64,000 bases of DNA from Vicugna vicugna (Eukaryota). The notes beneath the pieces were generated by a model. It saw only the letters and a program-made list of their open reading frames with translations. It was not told the DNA's origin and searched no databases. Positions within the stretch are counted from its first letter, which is position 1. The number at the start of each line of letters is the position of its first letter. This document shows positions 39,466-51,400 of this stretch, in pieces. Position numbers and translations under genes: made by a program. The stretch is taken from assembly GCA_013265495.1 (NCBI GenBank), contig MU058584.1, positions 904,616-968,615 of the forward strand, written 5' to 3'.

Positions 39466-42400
39466 AAGCACATGGAAAAAATTTAAAAGATACCTTGGCA
39501 TTCAGATTCTAGCATTCGTGGATTAGATAAGGTGAATATCAATATTATATAAATTTTGCTTGTCACTGAGGGAAGGTGGTAATCTAAAAACAAAACAAAA
39601 CAAAAAAAAAACCCAAAACCTTTCTAAGACCAGGAGAGTGGGTTCAGTGGACAGAAAGTTACCACAGTGCCTTCTTGGGAGGACTAAGCTGGAAGGAGTT
39701 GATCAGAGAGGATTTGACTCCAAAGCCCTTTATAGCTGTCCAGATTCTGTTTGAAGCCACCATCTAAGAAAGAATATTCAGATGTTTACCACGGCTAAAG
39801 AAGGACTGTTGAGAAAGTAACACTGATGCTTTCATGTGCCGTGGCCAGCTTTTTGGTTCAGAAAGTACTTTCTGCCCTGCATAGGCCTTCTTCATCCTAG
39901 TCACTTCAGGGATAACTAACAGTCTTTTATTGGTTTTCCCTTACAGGTTTCAGAGATTAGACTATGTATATCTAAATGCTGGGATCATGCCCAACCCACA
40001 CCTAAACATCAAGGCACTTTTCCGTGGCCTCTTTTCAAGGTAATTTCCATCTTGAAGATGGACTGATTGGAAGAAAGGTGTTTATTTTTCTGCCTTGTTC
40101 TGCCCTCAGTATGTTAAGTGGAGGGGATGAAGGGGTGTTGAGAAGACTGAAGACAGGAAGGAAGTGTTGCAGCCACGAGATGAAAGAAAAGCATTCATCT
40201 TTTGCGCCGCACGCGCTGGGTCTCATGGTGTCCTGGGCCCCAGCATGTGCCAAGGGGCTGCCTGAATGTGCCGATTAGCAAGAGCATTTCAGAACTAGGC
40301 AGCGTCATCAGTGAGACTCTCATACCCAGGAAGGTGACTTTAGAAGCAATTCCCTGCTGTTTGCCAGGTGTTTTCACCAGTGGGCTGGGAAAACGCACAG
40401 AACTAAATACCTTCCTGGGACATTCTCCATACGCATTGGTATAGTGGCTTCCAAAGATGTTTAACCGCAACCTACAGTAAGGAAACATCTTATTTTATGA
40501 CCCAGTATACATATTCATAAATAGATATACTTTTACTGCTTCCTAGACTGCTACTTCTGTTTTACCTCTCTGCCCTTAAACACACACACTTCCACACACA
40601 AACTCCCACACTAGTCTTGACCTGCTACATTGATCTTGCAACAAATCACCGTATTGGTATGTTCAATGCCTCAAGAATTCTCAATAATAAAACAGCCCTG
40701 TTCAACTTTGTTCAGCAGTTAAACATCCGTTTGTGCCAGGGAAGACTTTTTCTTCTTGGCATAGCCATTAACCCCCCAGGGAAGTTTACTTGCAACCTGA
40801 TTTGGAAAGCGGTGAAGGGAGTTTTTGGCAGGTTTTGGAGAGGCTGAAGTTCCTATTGGTGGTATGAGCTGTAAGTATGTGAGTCCTTCTGTGAATTGGG
40901 GGTAAGGCAGCATTTTAAAATCCGACTCAATACTCACAATAACCCAGTCTGAGAAGTAAGTATTTTTATTTCTGTTATTACAGAATCAAGAAAAAATGTA
41001 GTTTGGGGGTGGGGAAGAGGAGGAAGGGGTGTTTCTTTCGTATCTTCAGTTAAAGAAGCTTTAAAAAGTCATGCAATTGTCTTCTGTTTCAGAAAGGTGA
41101 TTCATATGTTCTCCACAGCTGAAGGACTGCTGACCCAGAATGATAAGATCACCGCCGATGGGCTCCAGGAGGTGTTTGAAACCAATGTCTTTGGCCACTT
41201 CATCCTGGTAAGAGGGCTTTGGGGTTAATAAGTCAACACTGAGAGCTATGATCCTAAACCCTTGCACAGATACATCACCGTGCTACTTCGTTACGCTCAT
41301 TAGTTTATGGCTAGCGTTAAATCTTTGAGTGTTTAAATAGAATGATCGCTGTACTCTTTGAAAACATTGCTTCCCTAAAGCAGCCTATGGATACACTTTT
41401 TTCTTTTGACATCAACTTTAGAGAATGGAGAGAAATTAAGAAATAGACACACACGCAGCTTCAGAAACAAGGTCCAGAATTGCGAAAGTGCCCCAGTCCT
41501 GTTCTCAGTAGTCTCTGAAACCGGGCTTGGCGTCAGATAGGACGGGGTCATAGGCATGAATACACAATACTTCATAGTTAATCTTTTATTATCTTGATTT
41601 GTGATTTTTTTTAAGCATCCAGACTTGGGTATTGCAATTCCAGACATACCTAGAAAGCTAAGCCAGGGATGGGCAGATTGTCTGGGTGGTTCTGTGCTCT
41701 TGCCTCAGATTTAATCTCATAGCACAGCTTTAACTTCTAGATTAAGTAATGCCCAACTCTGCTGCCAGTTGCTTATAGTTCCTTGGTGTGAGACGAACTC
41801 CTTCTGATGCTGGGTTTGTGGGCAGAGAACCTGTCTCTCTGACACTTTCATATTCACAATCACTTTTTCTCCCCTTAAGCCTACTTTCCCCTCAGAATTG
41901 GATCTCCTTGAGGACTAGCCTATATTTATAGTAATTTAAGATATACATAAACACTGAAATATTGTGAAACCATTAAAATAAATGAGGTAAATATTTTGCA
42001 TCTACATGGGACAGCCTCCACTATTTATTGTTGAAGAAATAGCAGGTTGTAATACGTATAGTGTGATCTCATTTGTATAAACAAACAGAAAAATTCGTAT
42101 CTTTACATTTTGCACATACATGTATATACTATTTCTAGAATGATACAAATGAAATTGGGAACAGTGGTTGCCTTTTATGAACTGGGGTGCTAGGATGTCA
42201 AGGACGAGTGGGAGATATGTGTTTTATTTTTATCCTTTAGCACTTAAAAAAAATGTGGTATTACCTTTTCATTGACAAAAGTCAGTTAAAATATAGTCAG
42301 GATGGGATTGAATTCTTACCTGGTCATGTTTTATAACTCTGCAGAGATCCATTATCTAATATTTCCTTTATTTTTTTATAATACTCTCCTCTTTCTTTGC

Positions 42401-45400
42401 CCTCTTCTTGAATTATTAAATTAATTGGCAATGATCGAGGAGAAGTTAATTGTTACTACTGACAAATTGTAGTTGTTAAGAAAATATAGTTGGGTAAACT
42501 GGGTTGGGGAATGGCAGAGGAGAGCTGAGGCTGTAGGCACGGCTATCACAGGTGTCCTGGTGACATGACTGGCCCTTGTGTATCCTTCTGTAGGGAGGCA
42601 TGTCAGCAGGGATTTGGGGATTGATTTATCAAATAAAATAATAGGAAGGCTTATGATGCCTTCCACTGTCTTCAAATTAAGTTTTCGGAATCTTACCCAC
42701 TTTTTATGGAAAACAGACTTAGGTTCTAGGTCCAGGTGTAAATGCATTATCTAAATGGGTCCACCACCAGTTTGATGATATGTAAAATGACCAAACTTTT
42801 AGGGCTGTTAAAAGGGTAGAGATAATTTCTGTAAAGTTCCAGGCGCAACGTGGCATTACACTCATGGAACCAGGTAACTGATGCAGTCTCATGTTCATGA
42901 GTTCTCTTGATTGCATTTGATGTAAATGTTCATTGCACATCTGGAAGCTTTCCTAGGTTTTTCTTTAATAAACTTTTAGGGTAGTTTTAGATTTGCAGAA
43001 TTATTAGCAAATAGAGTTGCTGCATATGCTGCCACGTTTCCTCTGTTATTAACGTCTAACATCAGTGTGGTATATATGTCACAATTAGTGAATCAATATT
43101 GATACATTACTATCTTTTTTTAAATGAAAAGTTTACTTTATTTTTCTATTGGATAATGCACTATCTCCCAATTACAATTAGATTTGTTTTATGCCTTCCA
43201 AACATTAGCACACTCAGCACCATCTTACCAATAACTGACTATAAATCAAACTAGGTCCCAGTGGTTATGTCCACATCTAGGTTGTTAGGGTGGTCAGGAA
43301 CTCGTGTGTGTTTGCTTTAGGTTTTAATTCTCGGTTATATCTCCAGATATGAAAGAGCTGAGACATTACTATTGACGAAAGCCCATACTTTATTCACACT
43401 TCTTCAGTTTTTCTAACGTCCTTTTCCAGTTCCAGCATCTCGTCTAGGGAACCACCTTACAGTCAGCAGTCAGATCTCCTCAGGCTCTTCTCGGTTGTGA
43501 CAGTTTCTCACACTTGCCTTGTTTTTGGTGACCTTGACAGTTTTGGGATGAGTGCTCAGGTATTTTGTAGACGGCCCCTCGATCGGGCTTGGTCTGTGTT
43601 TCGCATGGTTAGAGTTGAGTTAGAGCTGTGTGTTGGGGAGGAAGACCACAGAGGTCACGTTCCATTCTCAACGCATCGTGTCAAGAGTGTACGCCATCAG
43701 TAGGACTTACCAGTGTTGGTGCTATCTTTGCTCCCCTGACTCGAGGTAGCATTTGTCAGGTCTTTTCCATTGTTAAGGTTTTCGTCCCCCCTTTCCATTC
43801 TGGACTCTTTGGAAGACAGTTACTATGTGTAGCCCACATCTCAGGGGTTGTGCTTGACCTCCTTAAGGGTGGAGTAGCTACATAAATTATTTGGAATTCT
43901 TCTGCAAGGGAGATTCGTCTCTTCTGCATTGAATTCATTGCTCAATCATTTATGTATTGGTCAATTATACCTCAATATAGCTGAAAAAAATAGTTTGTTA
44001 TATCTGTATGGACTCATGGATATGTTTTTTCTACTTTGAACTATAAATACTACTTTATTTTCTTGCTCAAGTTATTTTAGGTTGGGCCAATGGGATCTCT
44101 TGCAGTTGGCACCTGTATATCTCTGACATACCCTCCTCAGTATGACTTTCTGTTTTGATCACGTCCTTTCTGGCAGCCCGAGGTGTTTCAGGCTCATTTG
44201 TGTGTTTCCTGCCCCAGTCTCAGATGCAGCCATTTCTCTGTTTCCTTTTATTGGAGAAGGGTATTAGAAACTGAGATCTGGGTGCACAGTGCTGTTGAGA
44301 TAGCATTTGCTTCTAGGCCCTCTCAGTTAACAGAGCAAGGACACTCACATGTGCACACTGACCTATTTATGCATAAATATCTAAATATTTTACGTGTAAC
44401 CACCTGTGTCTCTATTAAGGTAAATGTGTCTAACTCTAACCCATCACCGTGTGGGTCAGTCTAGCCTCCTTCTCTAGCGTATCTGTCGTGTCCCACTCTT
44501 AACAATGGCACACTCCAGTGTACATTCATAGTGGTTTCAAAATGGTTATCTTTATGCCCCCGGTATAATTGGGTACATTTCTGTTTCTTTTTTCTCCTCA
44601 TTCAGCTTCAGGAGCTGGAATCTCTCCTGTGTCACAGTGACCGTCCGTCTCGGCTCATCTGGACCTCATCTCGCAATGCGAAGAAGTCGAATTTCAGCCT
44701 TGAAGACATCCAGCACAGCAGGGGCCAGGAGCCCTACAGCTCTTCCAAATATGCTATTGACCTTCTGAGCGTGGCTTTGAACAGGAAATTCAACCAGCAG
44801 GTGAGGCCTGGCTCAGGGATGTGGGAATGGCAGGGCAAGGGTTTCACTACTACAGTTGACTTCCTAGTAAGATGGCCGGCTTTCTAATAACTGTTGCAAT
44901 TTAGAAGGTGGCATATTGTGTCTTGAGCAGTATTGCTGTGAGGACAAGATAAGACATGACTAAGATTGATAGTTGTTGCAAATGAAAGTTTTAGGGCAGA
45001 GATAATTCGCTCCTGACCTTTGAAAGGTATATGGCATTTAGTCCTTTGACATTTACGATAATTATTGAAAGATGTGGTTTTATTGCCATTTTGAACTTAG
45101 TTTTCCAGTTGATTTGGTATTTCCTCTTTGTTCCTTTCTTTTTCTTTTTGTGGTTTGATCATTTTCTTTTGTATTATCTTGGTTTCTTTTTTGTTTTTGT
45201 GGCTCTGTTTTGTGTTTTGATTTGTGGTTACCCTGTTTTTCAAATATATTAACCCATTACTACATCTGTTTGCTTTAAACTGATAGTCATAAAACATCCT
45301 AAAAAGAATGAAAAAAAGGAAAAAAAATCTATATTTTCTTGCTCCCCTCTCCCACCTTTAATGATTTTGATGTCTTCTTTTCCAGGAGAAAGGGGGTTGG

Positions 45401-48400
45401 AAAGGGATAAATTTGGGAGTTTGAGATTTGCAAATGTTAGCTACTATAAATAAAAATAGATTAAAAAATTTTTCTTCTGTATAGCACAGGGAACTATATT
45501 CAATGTCTTGTAATAACCTTTAATGAAAAAGAATATGAAAACAAATATATGTATGTATATGCATGACTGGGATGTTGTGCTGTACACCAGAAACGGACAC
45601 ATTGTAACTGACTGTACTTCAATTAAAAAAAAGTATATGGGGGGTTCATTCCCTATTCTGTAGCTCTCCAAGAGCTATAATTTAGGTTAACACTACCAAC
45701 AGTACCAACAGCCACTGTTAAGCCACTATGTTAATTAAGCCACTATGTTAATTAAAACATAGTGACTTGCTATGTTTTAGGTGCTGTACTTTTCATCTGT
45801 GTGTGTCATGTGACACCTTTCCCATCACAGTGAAGTTGGTCTCAGTATTCCCATTTTCACATGAGGACACTAAAGTCTGGGGCCAGTAAGTCATTTACCC
45901 AGAAGTTACACAATACCCATAAACAGCAGCACGGAGAGTTGAGCCCAAGGCTGTCTGACTTTATAGCTTGGACTTGTCCCACTACCCCATGCTGCCGCCC
46001 AGTGTTTGTCACACTGGATGTCACAGCACAACCAGCAGTTAGAAAGCCTTCTGGGCAGTGGTGGTCTTTGGTGAGACTGTCTCCGAGAGGACCCCGGGTT
46101 TAGACGGTGTTCCTTCGGAGAAGGCAGCCCTTGTCGGTCACGCTGGCTCCTTGTGGCCTCTGTGGTCTGGAACTTAACTGCTTCTTTGTAGGTCTCTCTT
46201 GCCCTGGGTCTAAAATCTTAACTGGAAATCTCCAGTCTTTCCCATGGGCATTTTCCTTTGTTTGCTTTGCCTGTGTTGTTTGAGGGTAGAACCTTGGAGA
46301 AATTTAATTCTGCTAATATTTGCAAAAGACTTACCATGTTTAGGGAATTGGGCCAGGCGTAGAATCGAGGAGGCAGGAAAAGTAAAAAGACCATGAAGAA
46401 GCTATCTGCCCTTAAGGGACCTTCTTTGATCGTGCATTAGCTACAGCCATCTAAATCTTATGTAATGGTCTCGACCTAGTTTATTCTGGAATGGGGACCT
46501 TTATCAGATGGAATTCTGGTTCTGAGATCTAACTCTTAGAATCATGCCTCTTAGTGAAGAGGGTGGGGTAAAAGTAGACTCTGAGAGTGTATTCTCTAGA
46601 ATCCAGGCCCTGCCTCCAGCTTTGTAAGCTTGGACAAGTTATTTAATTTCCCTGTGCTTCAGTTTCCTCCTCTGAAAAACAGGGATGATGATCGTGCCTG
46701 CCTCGTAGATTTGTTGGAAGGGATGCTTGAGGGGACTGGTATGTGGTGGTCCCAGCAGTGCTTCGTGCTCAGAATGTGCATGTGTGTGTGTGTGCGTGTG
46801 TGTGCACACCTGTGGGTGCAGGTGGGTGGGGGGTGTGCTATGTATGTGCACATGTGTGGGTTTGGTGGGTGTGTGTACATGTGCATGAATGTGATTGAAT
46901 ACGTGGTATGTGCGCATGGGTGTAGGTGTCTGTGGGCATGTGTGTGCGTGTGCTTACGTGTGTCTGTGTGTTGGCCATTGTTGTTGTCATTATTATTACT
47001 TGAGCTCAGTGTGTTGGTCCAATTGTGAGTTTCCGTCTGAGGTTTCTTGAGATGTTTAAAAACTTAACACAACTGCTTGTCCTCTGGAAAAACTTCCTGT
47101 TAGGGGTAAGGTCAGAGTGCATGAGCTTCTTTTTTCATATAAAGCTCTGGGATTTTACTTGTCTCAATTGTCAAGTAAGTTTTGGGATTTTACCTTTTAC
47201 AAAAAAGGGAGATTTAGTGAATGCTGCTGCCTCCTAAAATCTGTGTGATTGGCTTTGGAGCCCATGATTTTTCCTCCTTGAAGAGAGAAGTAGATAAGAA
47301 AGAACTACATCCCTTTGAAGCCTTGTTTACTAGGAAGGTAGTTAGTCTGGTCCACATCGGCTACCTGATAGAGTTTAACCATCATCCATGAATGACCCCT
47401 CACACAAATCTCATGGAAATACTTAGAGTGCTCACACTCATTGCATATGATTACATCTGTAATCCTGGATAAGACAGCCTCCCTGCTTGTTTTAGTTGCT
47501 CAATGTCAGAAAGTCATAGGTGTTGCAAACCCTGGATTTTAGTTCACAGACGTCATCATTTAGAGCTGAATAGGCTATAACTGTTGCTGGCTAGTTCCCA
47601 GAAAAAACTTTTCCTTAGTCTGTCTTAGGGGCAAAATATGTTACTCTCTTGGGGAGAATTATTTTATCTCTGGGGCTCCTGACTCTTTTCAGAGGACTGT
47701 TGGTGAATCAGGGGGACTCTCGGGGGCTGGACTGTCTGCGTCAGGTACCGCCAGGCCCCGGAGACACTGAGTGAAGGATGAAGAGCTTCCAGCGTCAGAT
47801 GCTCGGGGTGCTCTCTGTGCACTGAACTGTCTGTGTTACACTGGCACTTTCTATTCTTCTTTTAAAAGAAAAAAAAATAAGATTGAAAGCAACAAAAATA
47901 TGAGTTAAAATAGTCAATGTCAAAATAAGGTAAAATGTAGTAAAAATGAGACCAGTTAAGCTAGTAAAATAAATCGCAGTGCCCCGAGCATTACTGGAGA
48001 CCGCCCAGGGCCCTTTCTGTTATTCATACGTGCTCCGTGTTAACTGGAGCTCTCTTTACAAGCAGATCTTCCTACAATGAAGAGTCCTAGGCTAAGCACC
48101 TGTTTTAGAGCAGTTGGAGGGGATCTTTGTGGAACCACATGGCCCCCCGCTCCTCTCTGATCTGGCAGCTCCCACCTCATGCTAGAGAGATGCGTCTTAC
48201 GCACCTGCAGGGAAACAGAGACACACATGAGGTTATTTTCCAGATAAGAAATTTTGTGAAGGCAAAGACTGTACTGGGTGTGTCTTTTTTTTTTTTTTAT
48301 CTCCACTGCTTATTATGATTGGCCAACTGCTCTTCATTTAAGCCAGTAACATGGAAAGCTCAGGTAGCCAGGTTCTACTTTTCTCATCCAGCTTCAAGCC

Positions 48401-51400
48401 TGGTTATTCTCTGTGCTGTAAGTTTCTTGAAACTAGAGACTTCATCTTGCTATTTTTTGCAGCCTGAGTGCCTCTCATAGTGAGTTCTCAGTACGTGATT
48501 CTTAAATGGAAATGAACCACCCAGCTTCGAGGACAGCCTAGAGCATAAATCCTTGATACCCTGGCTCCCTGGCTCATTCGTGTATCTTTTTTTATTAACT
48601 AGTATATAGCTGGACTCAATCAATGTATGTTGAATTAAAATCGATTGCTGCCCCTCTCTGTGCTCCCAGGGTCTGTATTCCAGTGTGGTGTGTCCAGGTA
48701 CGATGCTAACCAACATAACGTATGGGATTCTACCTCCCTTAATATGGACACTGATCATGCCAATCATATGGCTGGTAAGTGATGAGTACTTCTTTTCTTG
48801 GTTGACTTCAGTTCTAGTTGGCACCGAAAAGACATGTTTAAGGGTTGGGAAATGATTTTTAAAAATTTAAGAAACCTGAAGGTGGCAGAATTCCATTTCG
48901 CTCAAAGGTTTTGAAGTTTCTTAATAAGTGACCTTTGCTTCATACTACCTGATATTCCCACTGCAACACCATATGAGTGTCCGCATTTCTTTAAGGGAAT
49001 GTCTCTTTGATCACGCACCACAGGTCTCAAGAGTTCTATGATTATATAATTTTGGGAAACTCCTGTGCATTAAACATTTCCAAGAAGGGTATGATGTTGC
49101 ATCGTATGATCACAGAATTGTGTTTTTGCTTGTTTGCTTTGTTTGGTATTCTGAGCATCTTGTAGGACCAGTGTCCCTCTAGCACACATAAAAAAATGCT
49201 GCTTTTAGGAAATGACCCTCCCTTGCAGAGCTTGGGGAAAAAATACCCGTCCATTATGGCAGGCATAGAAGAAAGATGAGAAGGAAATACACTTTCATGT
49301 TAAAAGTGGTTGACTTGAAGTGATGGATTCTAAGTGACATTTATTTTTTTAGATTTCTTTAATTTTTGAAACTGAAAAAACTGCTGTATGATAAGAAATG
49401 CAGGTTCTCTGTCTTAATATGTAAATGAGTAATGCTCTGGTGACTCTGCTCTAAACTGCCACAAAATGACTGTTGTTTTCTCTTTCTCAGCTTCGCTTTT
49501 TTGCAAACGCCTTCACTTTGACACCAGACAATGGAACAGAAGCACTGGTATGTTACTAGGGTTTCAAAATCTTGCATTCACTTCACAGATGTAAATTGTC
49601 AGTTGGATGGTTTAGAAACAGTCTCAGCAGAAAAGGGAACAAGCTCTGAATAATCAGAGTCCTGTCTAGGGTTAAGGTGTTAGGAGTGAACTTTGAGGGG
49701 TTCGTATCTTTCATGGCACCGGACACCATGCTTGTGGGGACAGCACTTCTGTAGGAGCGAGGTACACCAGCAGCCAGAGGAGAGCGGAGCAGTGGACGAC
49801 TGCCAGGGGTAGGCAAAGCAAGGGGGTGGCCGGGCGGTCAGTGCGAGATTTCCCGTGGAAAAGGTGTGTTCTGCAAGTCAAGATTAGTGGCAACCAAGTC
49901 CAGCTCCATTTCCTTATGTGAAGATTCTCTTTCCTCTGTTACTGTGGGAGAAGCAGGTTGTCACTTTATTAGAATGGGCAAAGGACATGAACAGAGGGTT
50001 TTTAAACTGTGTTCATAATATGAAAAGATATCCAGTCTTACTTATATTAAGAGAAATTTAAATTAACACTATAATAAAAAACTGTTTTTCAACTCTGATT
50101 AGCAAAGATTAGAAAGCTTAATAAAATACTATTTTGTCAGAGGTCTAGGGAAATAAGCCATCTTTTCCTTGCTGGGGGGGAGTAGGTTGATACAGCCTCT
50201 GTCAAGGACTGTTTGGCGAGATTGCTCAAAATAATAAACACACATACCCTTAACCCAGCAATTGCATCTTTGGGATTTATCTTATAGATGTACTAAGAGT
50301 TACGTGGAATGATATATTTATCATTCATCACAGTGAGGTTTGTCATAGCGAAGACTGGAAACAACCTCAATGTCCATCAGTTGGAAACTGATTATATAAA
50401 TGTTGGTGCCTCCATGAAATCGAATGCTGCGCCACTTTGAAAAAGCAGGAAACAACTCTTGATATACTGATTTGAAAACATCTCCAGGGCCTGCTGCTCA
50501 AGTGAAAAAATGCAAAGTGTGAAATAGTGTGTACATTTTGCTTCTATTTGCATAGAAGAAACAAATGGACATATTTTTAAGCAAATAGATTTTCTTTGGA
50601 AGAATACACAAAATACCAGCGAGAATGCTTGCTTCCAGAGAGAACAGCTAGGTGGCTGGGAAACTGGGGAGGGAGGAAGACTTACTTTGTACCATGTACG
50701 TCTTCTGAAATGTTGTACATGTGCATGCTTATCTGTTAATGAAATGAAACATTACATCAGCGACCTACACTTTACTGTAGCATGAAGTGAGTATCCGTGC
50801 TGAATAAGCTCAAGTTCACGTGCCATGGATTTTAATTTGAGGGTTAAGGAAGAGACAGCTAAAATATGGGGGGGTTGCTTTAAATAGTTTTTCGTTGGCT
50901 ACTGTTAATTTTAAGCAGGCTGCCCTACTTTCTTCCTTCAAATTACAGCAGTGGTTAGTGAAGACATCACAATTAGCTGATGTTATTCAGGAGGACTTTT
51001 AGAACTGGGGGCACCATGAAATGCAGATGGTGAATCCCTTCCAGCCTCACTCACCCCGGGCAGAAGAGAAGAATCACTGACACCCTCTTCCTTTCCAGGT
51101 CTGGCTTTTCCACCAAAAGCCCGAGTCTCTCAATCCTCTGGTGAAATATCTGAGCGCCACCAACGGTTTTGGAAGCAATTATGTGACGTCGAGAAAGGTG
51201 AATCTGATTCCTCTGTTTCGCTGAAGAGGTTTGCAGCTAGGCTGAGGGACAGGAACCTGGGTTCCTGACCAGCCCCACCAGCCACCCAGCTGCTCATCCC
51301 CGGGTCTTCCCTCTCTGCTCGCTGGCATCGCAGTGGTCTGTTTTCACATCTGCCTGCCCTCTCCTGCCTCTCCATACCTCCTCTCCACCCAAACTGCTCT

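Noticed and set aside
46630..47028. Cys/Val-rich and His/Thr-rich ORFs
   Set aside because: Translation of a TG/CA low-complexity tract.
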